This document shows, in pieces, positions 56,748-64,000 of a stretch of 64,000 bases of DNA; position 1 is the stretch's first letter; each line of letters begins with the position of its first letter. The position numbers were made by a program, and so were the translations under genes. Origin of the DNA: Abditibacterium sp. (lineage in GTDB: Bacteria > Armatimonadota > Abditibacteriia > Abditibacteriales > Abditibacteriaceae). A model generated the notes under the pieces. It was not told the origin of the DNA, did no database searches, and was given only the letters and a program-made list of their open reading frames with translations. The stretch is from positions 4,512,001-4,576,000 of the forward strand of contig CBDASK010000003.1 in the NCBI GenBank assembly GCA_965199495.1, read 5' to 3'.

Positions 56748-57950
56748 ATGGCTCACATTTTACTTGTAGACGATCAATCCTCAATGCGCCTGACGCTGAC
56801 GGCGCTACTTAAAGGCGCCGGGCACACTTTGGCGCAGGCGGGCACCGGCGATGCGGCCATCGAAAAAATTCAGAAGAACGATTTCGATGTGGTTATCACC
56901 GATTTGAAGCTCGACAAAATTTCGGGCATGGAAGTTTTGGGCGCCGCCAAAAGCGCCAATCCGCAAACCGAAGTCATCATGCTGACCGGCTACGGCTCCA
57001 TCGAAACCGCCGTGGCTGCGATGAAAGCGGGCGCCATTGATTATCTGACCAAACCGATTGACACCGAAGAATTGATGTTGGCTTTGGAACGCGCGCAAGA
57101 ACGCCAGCAACTCAAATCGGAAGTCGCGCGTTTGCGGTCTGTCGTCGCCAAAGAAACCAATTTCGATCCGGGCAACATCGTCGCTTCGTCGCAGGCGATG
57201 CACGAAGTCTTGGAAATGGTCGCGCGCGTCGCGCCAACCGATGCGACCGTGCTGGTGCAGGGCGAAAGCGGCACCGGCAAAGAGTTAATCGCGCGCGCCT
57301 TGCACCAAAACTCCAAGCGCAAAGACGGCCCGTTCATCCCGATTAACTGCGGCGCCTTACCGGAAAACTTGCTCGAATCCGAACTGTTCGGCCATGTCAA
57401 AGGCGCCTTCACCGGCGCGCACCAGAACAAGAAGGGTCTGTTCGAGGAAGCCGACGGTGGCACCCTGTTTTTGGACGAAATCGGTGAAATGATGCTTTCG
57501 ACGCAGGTCAAACTTTTGCGCGTTTTGCAGGACAGCGAAGTGCGCCGCGTCGGCGGCAATACCAGCGTCAAGGTGGATGTGCGCGTCGTGGCCGCCACCA
57601 ACCAGAAGTTGCAACAGCGCGTCAAAGAAGGCGAATTCCGCGAAGATTTATATTATCGCCTGCAGGTCATCCCGATTTTCTTGCCGCCACTGCGCGAGCG
57701 TCAGGAAGAGATTTTGCCGCTCGTCAATCACTATCTGGGAATTATCGCCGAGAAGATGGGCAAGCCGATCAAAGGTCTGGCGCCCACAGCCGAGAAATCC
57801 TTGAAAGCCTATTCGTGGCCCGGCAACATCCGCGAGTTAATCAACGCCGTCGAACGCGCGGTCATTCTGGCGCGCGATGAAACCGTGAAAACCGAAGATT
57901 TCGCCTTAACGCTGGGCGGCACGGCGCTGGCCGACCGGCACAACGATTGA
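56748..57950 (+). CDS. Sigma-54-dependent response regulator (REC plus AAA+, no C-terminal HTH)
   Basis: LVDD...TD...DYLTKP receiver; GESGTGKE, ESELFGH, GAFTGA, LFLDEIG, WPGNIREL. Confidence 0.92.
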   Translation: MAHILLVDDQSSMRLTLTALLKGAGHTLAQAGTGDAAIEKIQKNDFDVVITDLKLDKISGMEVLGAAKSANPQTEVIMLTGYGSIETAVAAMKAGAIDYLTKPIDTEELMLALERAQERQQLKSEVARLRSVVAKETNFDPGNIVASSQAMHEVLEMVARVAPTDATVLVQGESGTGKELIARALHQNSKRKDGPFIPINCGALPENLLESELFGHVKGAFTGAHQNKKGLFEEADGGTLFLDEIGEMMLSTQVKLLRVLQDSEVRRVGGNTSVKVDVRVVAATNQKLQQRVKEGEFREDLYYRLQVIPIFLPPLRERQEEILPLVNHYLGIIAEKMGKPIKGLAPTAEKSLKAYSWPGNIRELINAVERAVILARDETVKTEDFALTLGGTALADRHND

Positions 57951-57962
57951 TAAACATTTGCG

Positions 57963-58065
57963 TCCATAGAGACGCCGATTTATCGCGCCTAAGACCTCAA
58001 GGTTTCCCACCAAACTGCGCGCTAATTTTTACGTTTTAGACGCGATAAATCGGCGTCTCTATGGA
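57963..58065. repeat. REPIN-like element, (G/A)TAGAGAC family
   Basis: TCCATAGAGACGCCGATTTATCGCGCCTAA ... TTAGACGCGATAAATCGGCGTCTCTATGGA. Confidence 0.8.
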
Positions 58066-58086
58066 AGCAAATAAAAGGTTTCGACG

Positions 58087-59118
58087 ATGAAAGCGCAAAA
58101 GTTCATCCTCGCCGTTTTAATTCTGGTTTTTGCGCTCTGGCTCTTTTCCCATCGCGCCAACGCCGAAGAATTGTATGCGACGCTACGACGCGGACGGTTG
58201 GGCTGGCTCGCCGTGGCTGCTGCGCTGCAAGGGCTGACTTTGTGGAATCAACCGGCGCTTTACTATTCGCTTTATCGCGCGCTGGGCCTGAAAATTCGCT
58301 TTGGCGAATTGCTGCCCGTCGTGTGGGCCGGACGCTTTCTCGACATCGTGACGCCCGCCGCCGGATTGGGCGGAACGGCGTTATTATTGGAAGACGCGCG
58401 TCGCCGCCAGCTCGACGCCGGACGCGTGGTTTTGGCGAACACGCTCTATTTTCTGCTCAATTTTGCGTGGTTCGCGATTTTACTTTCGTGTTCGTTGGCT
58501 GTGCTTTTCGCTTGGCACGATCTCAAAACCTACGAATTTGTGCCCGCCGGAATCTTATTTATCGGCTTAATTTTGGGAATTATTGCGCTTCTTCTCATCA
58601 CTTATCGTCCGGCGATTTTCGAGCGAATTTTAGGTTGGCTGTGCGAGCGCATCAATTCCGGCACGCGATTAATTCTAAAACGCGATTTAGTTTCGCGCGC
58701 GCAAATCGGCGAATTTGTGTCGCATTTTGTCGAGGCGTCGCAGGTTCTGCGGGCGTCGAAGCGCGCGATGGCGCGGCCCGTTTTTCATGCGATTTTGGTG
58801 GACGCGTTAGAAATCGCGGTTTTGGGCGCGTGCTTTGGGGCGTTTCCCGGCGCATCGGGCGCGCCGGTTTCGCCCGAACTGCTGCTCGTTGGTTACAGCA
58901 TCGGCACGCTGTTTCTGGTGGTTTCGATAACGCCGCAGGGCTTGGGTGTCGTCGAGGGCGTGATGACGGCGATATTCGTGAGTCTGGGCGTGCCGCTCGA
59001 ACGCGCGGCGGTCGTGGTTCTGGTCTATCGCGGGCTGTCGCTGTGGTTGCCGCTCGTGGCCGGATTTCTGGTTTTGCGTTGGACGCCGACGTTGCGCGCG
59101 CCAAGGCGCGAGAGTTGA
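58087..59118 (+). CDS. Lysylphosphatidylglycerol synthase TM-region (flippase-like) protein
   Basis: TP..GLGG, ITPQGLGVVEG, LVYR.LS.WLP motifs; multi-pass. Confidence 0.8.
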   Translation: MKAQKFILAVLILVFALWLFSHRANAEELYATLRRGRLGWLAVAAALQGLTLWNQPALYYSLYRALGLKIRFGELLPVVWAGRFLDIVTPAAGLGGTALLLEDARRRQLDAGRVVLANTLYFLLNFAWFAILLSCSLAVLFAWHDLKTYEFVPAGILFIGLILGIIALLLITYRPAIFERILGWLCERINSGTRLILKRDLVSRAQIGEFVSHFVEASQVLRASKRAMARPVFHAILVDALEIAVLGACFGAFPGASGAPVSPELLLVGYSIGTLFLVVSITPQGLGVVEGVMTAIFVSLGVPLERAAVVVLVYRGLSLWLPLVAGFLVLRWTPTLRAPRRES

Positions 59119-59215
59119 GAGTTTGCTCAGAAGACGCGCATTTTCCTTTCGAGAAACCGCGCTGGCAATGGAAACTTACGGTCTATTTCAGCCAGCGATT
59201 ATTCAGTCACGAATT

Positions 59216-60976
59216 ATGGAAAGCCAACTCCGCCCGTCGAAGCCCGCGCCCTTAGATTTAACCACTGTTGAGGATGCGCAGGCGCCGTCTCACCCGAATC
59301 GTTTCGCGGCGCGGCGCGAATTATGGGCGGTGCGCGTGCCCGCCGTTTTGACGGCTTTGATGGGTCTACTTAATTTGTGGTCAACCGTCACACCTTCACT
59401 GCCCGACCGCGTGCGATTGATGTGGAATGTTTTACCCTTCGACGTGCGACGCGGCAGCCACCTCGCGGCGGCGCTGGCGGGGTTCGCGCTAATTTTACTG
59501 TCGCTCAACTTGTGGCGCCGCAAGCAAACCGCGTGGGCCTTGACTATCGGCGCGCTGTTTGTCTCGATTTTCGCGCACGGCCTCAAAGGTCTGGACTGGG
59601 AAGAAGCAATTTGCGCGCTCGTCTTAATTGTCTGGCTGTGGCGGGCGCGCCGCCAGTTTCACGCGCGCTCCGATGCGCCGTCGGTGCGCCAAGGATTGCG
59701 CGTTTTAGCTATCGCGTTTGTTTTCACCTTGCTTTACGGAACGGTCGGTTTTTATCTGCTCGACCACGAATTTCGCGTTAATTTCGGCCTGACCGACGCG
59801 ATTTCGCAGACCGTCGCGATGTTTTCCAGCTTTTCCGATCCGGGCCTGGAACCAATTACGCGCTTCGGACAATTTTTCGCCGATTCGATTTATTTCATCG
59901 CGATTTGCACTTTCGGCTACGCGCTGCTGATGTTGGCGCGTCCCCTCGTTTTGCGCCACAACGCCGACGCTGATTTGGAACGCGCGCGCTTAATCGTCGA
60001 AGAACATGGGCGCACGGCGCTGGCGTTTTGCGCCTTGTTGGGCGACAAAAAATTCTGGTTTTCGCCGGGCGGTTCGCTCGTGCAATACGCCCTCGTCGGG
60101 CGCGTGGCTGTGGCGTTGGGCGACCCGATTGGCCCAGCCGACGATGCAAATGCGGCGGTACACGGTTTCGTGGATTGGTGCGAGCGCAACGATTGGCGCC
60201 CGGCATGGTATGAAATTTATGACGAATTATTAGATCAACATCGCGCGGCGGGCATGACGATTTTGCGCATCGCGCACGAAGCGATTATTGACGTGCAGAA
60301 CTTTAATATCGCGGGCGGCAGCAACAAAAATATGCGTAACGCCATCAGCGCGCTCAAGAAAAAGGGTTATATTTGCCAAGTTCACGAGGCGCCGCAGAGC
60401 GACGAATTAATGGCGCAACTGCGCGCAGTCAGCGACGGCTGGCTGGCGATGATGAACGGCGCCGAGAAATCGTTTTCGCTGGGCTGGTTCGACGACGAAA
60501 CTATTCGCGCTTGCCCGATTATGGCGCTGCACGATCCCGACGGCGAACTGCTGGCGTTCGCCAACATCGTGCCGGAATATCAGCTCAACGAAAGCACAAT
60601 TGATCTGATGCGGCGGCGCGAAGAAATCCCGCGCGGCACGATGGAAATGCTCTTCGTCTCGCTTTTCGAGTGGTCGAAAGAACAAGGTTTCGACACCTTC
60701 AATCTGGGGCCAAGTCCGTTCGCGGGCGTCGGCGAACAGAGTGAAGACCCGGCGACCGAAAAGGCGTTGCACTTCATTTTTGAGCACATGAACGGCTTTT
60801 ATAACTTCAAAGGTTTGCACGCTTTTAAAGAAAAATTTAACCCGTCGTGGCGTCCGCTCTATCTGGCTTATGGCGGCAAGGGCGGCTTGCCCGTTGTCGC
60901 GATGGCCGTCGTGCGCGCTGATTCGGGCCAAGACGGCTGGTTCGATTTTCTGAAACAGTTGCGCGGAGCGAGATAA
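59216..60976 (+). CDS. Aminoacyl-phosphatidylglycerol synthase (MprF C-terminal/DUF2156 domain with TM region)
   Basis: ALGDPIG, EKSFSLG, IDLMRR, GTME.LF, FYNFKGL.AFKEKF.P.W.P.Y. Confidence 0.85.
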   Translation: MESQLRPSKPAPLDLTTVEDAQAPSHPNRFAARRELWAVRVPAVLTALMGLLNLWSTVTPSLPDRVRLMWNVLPFDVRRGSHLAAALAGFALILLSLNLWRRKQTAWALTIGALFVSIFAHGLKGLDWEEAICALVLIVWLWRARRQFHARSDAPSVRQGLRVLAIAFVFTLLYGTVGFYLLDHEFRVNFGLTDAISQTVAMFSSFSDPGLEPITRFGQFFADSIYFIAICTFGYALLMLARPLVLRHNADADLERARLIVEEHGRTALAFCALLGDKKFWFSPGGSLVQYALVGRVAVALGDPIGPADDANAAVHGFVDWCERNDWRPAWYEIYDELLDQHRAAGMTILRIAHEAIIDVQNFNIAGGSNKNMRNAISALKKKGYICQVHEAPQSDELMAQLRAVSDGWLAMMNGAEKSFSLGWFDDETIRACPIMALHDPDGELLAFANIVPEYQLNESTIDLMRRREEIPRGTMEMLFVSLFEWSKEQGFDTFNLGPSPFAGVGEQSEDPATEKALHFIFEHMNGFYNFKGLHAFKEKFNPSWRPLYLAYGGKGGLPVVAMAVVRADSGQDGWFDFLKQLRGAR

Positions 60977-60994
60977 GTCGCGGAGATTTATTCC

Positions 60995-61105
60995 GCCAAT
61001 TCGTAGAGACAGCGATTTATCGCGTCTAACACGTTAAAGTATCCACAAACTTCGCGAGTTCACTCACGTTTTAGACGCGATAAATCGCTGTCTCTACGAG
61101 TTGGC
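60995..61105. repeat. REPIN-like element, GTAGAGAC family
   Basis: CGTAGAGACAGCGATTTATCGCGTCTAA ... TTAGACGCGATAAATCGCTGTCTCTACG. Confidence 0.8.
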
Positions 61106-61114
61106 ACAAAAACG

Positions 61115-61295
61115 TAGGAGTTACGCAGTTGGGTGCGCTTGTCATGGGTGCGCAGTGAGGCACGAGCGAAGTCGAAGAATCCATGACCTAATGGCAGTGA
61201 CGAAAGCGAAATCAACGTGCAACCGTTGGATTCTTCGACTTCGTTCGTGCCTCACTGCGCACCCATGACAAGCGCACCCAACTGCGTAACTCCTA
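61115..61295. repeat. Long inverted repeat / MITE-like element (about 69-bp arms)
   Basis: TAGGAGTTACGCAGTTGGGTGCGCTTGTCAT...GTCGAAGAATCCA and reverse complement; inner part shared with 20064-20222. Confidence 0.8.
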
Positions 61296-61304
61296 AAACG
61301 AACA

Positions 61305-62228
61305 ATGAAAAAATTATTCAAGATTCTACTGCCGCTCGTTGCGCTCTTGCTTATTGGTTATATTTGGGTTTGGCCGCGTTACATTACATGGTTTCACAAT
61401 CGTCAGGAAAACTCGGTTTTAGACGAGAAAATTCCCGGCAAAGTCGTCAAAGTTTCGATGCCGCTCAGCCCGCGCTTGCACCGCAAGATCACGGCGTGGC
61501 TGTATCTGCCGCCGGGCTACGACAAGTCGGACAAACGTTATCCGGTCGTCTACATTTTGCACGGCGCGCCCGGCGAAGTGCGCGACCCGTTCGTCAAAGG
61601 CCGCGTCCACGAAGCCGCCGAAAAATTGATTATGGCGCACCGCGTCAAACCGTTTATCGTGGTTTGCTTCGACGGTCACGGCCCGGCCAGTCCCGCCGAC
61701 GTGACCAACTTTCTCAATCGCGCCGACGGAACGTGGCAAATGGAAGATTTCATGGTTCACGAGTTGGTGCCGTGGGTAGACAAGAAATATCGCACCCTTC
61801 CCCGCGCGAGCGCACGCGCCTTGATCGGCGTTTCGGCGGGCGGCTACGGCGCGTTCAATCTGGCAATGAAATATCCCGACGTTTGGAGCGTGGCCGGTTC
61901 GCAGTGCGGCTTTTTCGATCCCGCCGACGACGCCAAAAACACGACCGAGATTTTAGGCTCGCCGGGGCCGTTGTGGAAAGCCAATAATCCGATGCTCGAA
62001 GCCCCAAAATTGCCGCCGGGCGCGCCGCTCCACTTTTATATGGACATTGGCCAAAACGACGAATTATTGGGCGAATTCAAGCGGATGAACGCCGAATTGA
62101 AGGCGCGCCGCATTGATCACGTCGCGCATATTTTTCCCGGCGGCCACAGTTGGGCGTATTGGAGCGCGCATTTTCCCGATTCGCTGTTGTTCGCGGGACA
62201 ACGATTTGAGGAAATGGCGAAAAGCTGA
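61305..62228 (+). CDS. Alpha/beta-hydrolase esterase family protein, membrane-anchored
   Basis: YLPPGY, YPVVYILHG, GVSAGG nucleophile elbow, GGHSW.YW. Confidence 0.85.
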   Translation: MKKLFKILLPLVALLLIGYIWVWPRYITWFHNRQENSVLDEKIPGKVVKVSMPLSPRLHRKITAWLYLPPGYDKSDKRYPVVYILHGAPGEVRDPFVKGRVHEAAEKLIMAHRVKPFIVVCFDGHGPASPADVTNFLNRADGTWQMEDFMVHELVPWVDKKYRTLPRASARALIGVSAGGYGAFNLAMKYPDVWSVAGSQCGFFDPADDAKNTTEILGSPGPLWKANNPMLEAPKLPPGAPLHFYMDIGQNDELLGEFKRMNAELKARRIDHVAHIFPGGHSWAYWSAHFPDSLLFAGQRFEEMAKS

Positions 62229-62282
62229 AGTAACTTTGACGTTTTCCCTCACCCGCCTTCGCAACACCAAAACTCGAAATCA

Positions 62283-63926
62283 ATGAACCCCGACCCCATC
62301 GCCCGTCGCCAATTTCTGCGCATTTGCGCGCAGACCGCGCCCGCTCTGCTCGCGCCCGCGCTGTTGTCGGCGTGCGCGCGCAACACCGAAATCGCGTCCG
62401 CGACCAACGGCGCGACGCCAACAGCCACGCCGCCTTCGCCGTTGTTGAGTCCGAGCGCCAAATTCGCGGGCCAAAACCTTAAATGTGATATTTTGGTGAT
62501 GGGCGGCACGCCTGCGGGCATTGCGGCGGCGATTGCGGCGGCGCGTCTGGGCGCGCACGTTATTCTGGTCGAGGAGCGCCCGCTTCTGGGCGGCGACATC
62601 GTTTACGCGATGCTCAATATGTTCGACGTGCCGATGCAACGCGACGGCTCGACGCGGCTGGCGCACGGGATTTTTGGCGAGTTTTATAAAAAATTGGGCA
62701 GCGCCTTCGATGTCGGGCGCGCACAAAAACTGCTGGAAGAAAAAGTCGCCGCCGAACGCAATATCACGACGATGACCAACACGCATTTGGTGCGCGCGGT
62801 TGGCGATCACGGGCTGGCGAAGGGCGCGCTTGTCATTTCCAAACACGACGGCAAATTAAAGCGCATTCGCGCGAGCGTGATGATTGACGGAACGGGCGAC
62901 GCCAGCTTCGCCGATGCGGCGGGCGCGCAATCGTTCATTGGGCGCGAAAGCAGTGGGCACGACAAAAAAATGCAAGCGGCGGGATTGTTGTTCGCCGTTC
63001 ATGGTGCCGTCTGGATTGATATGATCAATTATGTCACCGCCGTCAAAATGATTCCCTCTCCGACGCCGCTTCCAGAAACTATCGGCGGCCCGATTCCCGA
63101 CGCATCGGATGGGGCGCGCATTGCGCCCAAACGCATTAAACATCGGCTGGGCGGCGCCAACGACCGCTATTTATGGGAGCGCGGCGATGTCGTCGCCGCC
63201 TACCAGCCACGGGGCGCGGATGTGTTGGCGATGTCGATTAATTTCGGCTTGCAACGCGATGGCAGCGTGGTTTTGAATACGCTCAATTCGATCAACGTCA
63301 ACGGTTTGGACGTGAAATCACGCCGGCGCGCGCACGCCGAAATCGTGCGCGAACTCGATACTTTTATTCCTTATTTGCACGGCGCGATGCCGGGCCTGGA
63401 AAACATTCGCGTGTCGAGAATCGCGCCCGAACTTTATATTCGCGAAACGCGCCATCTCAAAGGAGTTAAGACGCTGCAAGTGGACGATATTCGCAGCGGC
63501 AAAAAATTCTGGGATCGGATTGGTCTGGCGTCGTATCCGATTGATTTGCATCCCTACGAAAAGGCCGATTTCAACTTGTTCGAGCCGGAGCGCTATTTTT
63601 ACACGATTCCTCTGGGCACTTTGGTGCCGCGCGATGCGGACGGCGTCTTTGTGGCGTCGCGCAGTCTGTCGGCGAGTTACGAGGCGGCGGGTTCGTGCCG
63701 CGTGATTCCCGCGACGATGGCGATGGGCGAGGCGGCGGGCGTGGCTGCCGTTTTCTGTCTGCATAAGAAAATGACACCTCATACGATGATGAAAACGCCG
63801 CCGATGGTTTCGGGCGTTCAAAAGCAGTTACGCAAGCAGGGCGCCGATATCGGCGACGAAATTCCGGTCGAGCAAACGATTTTAGGCGCCGACGGTTTGC
63901 GGGCTTTGCCGCGCGGAGTGAATTAA
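62283..63926 (+). CDS. FAD-dependent oxidoreductase with twin-arginine lipoprotein-like signal
   Basis: RRQFL Tat motif, LSAC lipobox, GGTPAGIAAA, IDGTGD, YIRETR, YPIDLH, MAMGEAAG. Confidence 0.8.
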   Translation: MNPDPIARRQFLRICAQTAPALLAPALLSACARNTEIASATNGATPTATPPSPLLSPSAKFAGQNLKCDILVMGGTPAGIAAAIAAARLGAHVILVEERPLLGGDIVYAMLNMFDVPMQRDGSTRLAHGIFGEFYKKLGSAFDVGRAQKLLEEKVAAERNITTMTNTHLVRAVGDHGLAKGALVISKHDGKLKRIRASVMIDGTGDASFADAAGAQSFIGRESSGHDKKMQAAGLLFAVHGAVWIDMINYVTAVKMIPSPTPLPETIGGPIPDASDGARIAPKRIKHRLGGANDRYLWERGDVVAAYQPRGADVLAMSINFGLQRDGSVVLNTLNSINVNGLDVKSRRRAHAEIVRELDTFIPYLHGAMPGLENIRVSRIAPELYIRETRHLKGVKTLQVDDIRSGKKFWDRIGLASYPIDLHPYEKADFNLFEPERYFYTIPLGTLVPRDADGVFVASRSLSASYEAAGSCRVIPATMAMGEAAGVAAVFCLHKKMTPHTMMKTPPMVSGVQKQLRKQGADIGDEIPVEQTILGADGLRALPRGVN

Positions 63927-64000
63927 ATTTCTCTCGTCCAACGCGTTGAGATTTCTCTCAACCTTTGCACGCTGGCGCACGTTTCGCTGTTCTAACACTT

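Noticed and set aside
12481..61295. CRISPR array or autonomous IS/integron
   Set aside because: Repeats are inverted doublets rather than regularly spaced direct repeats; no cas, transposase or integrase gene in the window.
521..63747. CAGCCACG as a Chi/KOPS-type polar site or as a peptide motif
   Set aside because: Orientations alternate about evenly along the whole window, and the motif occurs in several frames and in intergenic DNA.

Overview
Bacterial chromosomal window of moderately high GC (roughly 55-60% by eye). Gene content suggests an Abditibacteriota/Armatimonadota-like organism, but this is inference only. It holds about 55 genes: housekeeping (rpsB-tsf, prfB with programmed frameshift, rpoZ, rpoN, an RpoD paralogue, purK, bioD, queF, mpg, cax), secreted peptidases and glycoside hydrolases (M1, metzincin, GH2, GH92), a split MprF-like operon and several defence-type insertions (McrBC-like pair, Mrr, Doc toxin with three antitoxin-like paralogues, DUF5343-DUF3800 with a structured RNA). 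The most striking unexplained signal is the non-palindromic octamer CAGCCACG/CGTGGCTG (extended consensus about YASCAGCCACGGCG). By hand count it occurs about 50 times, evenly on both strands and in several reading frames, which resembles a DNA uptake sequence or another genome-wide signal. Other highlights: the DUF3800 gene is broken by an exact 10-bp tandem duplication and faces a convergently transcribed structured RNA; a sigma-54 module combines a zinc-ribbon RpoN, a sensor-less kinase and an HTH-less activator; one ATP-grasp protein resembles synapsin; a diverged duplicate gene end brackets a Dyp peroxidase; and long intergenic palindromes of many families are abundant. No rRNA, tRNA, CRISPR array, integrase or transposase was seen.
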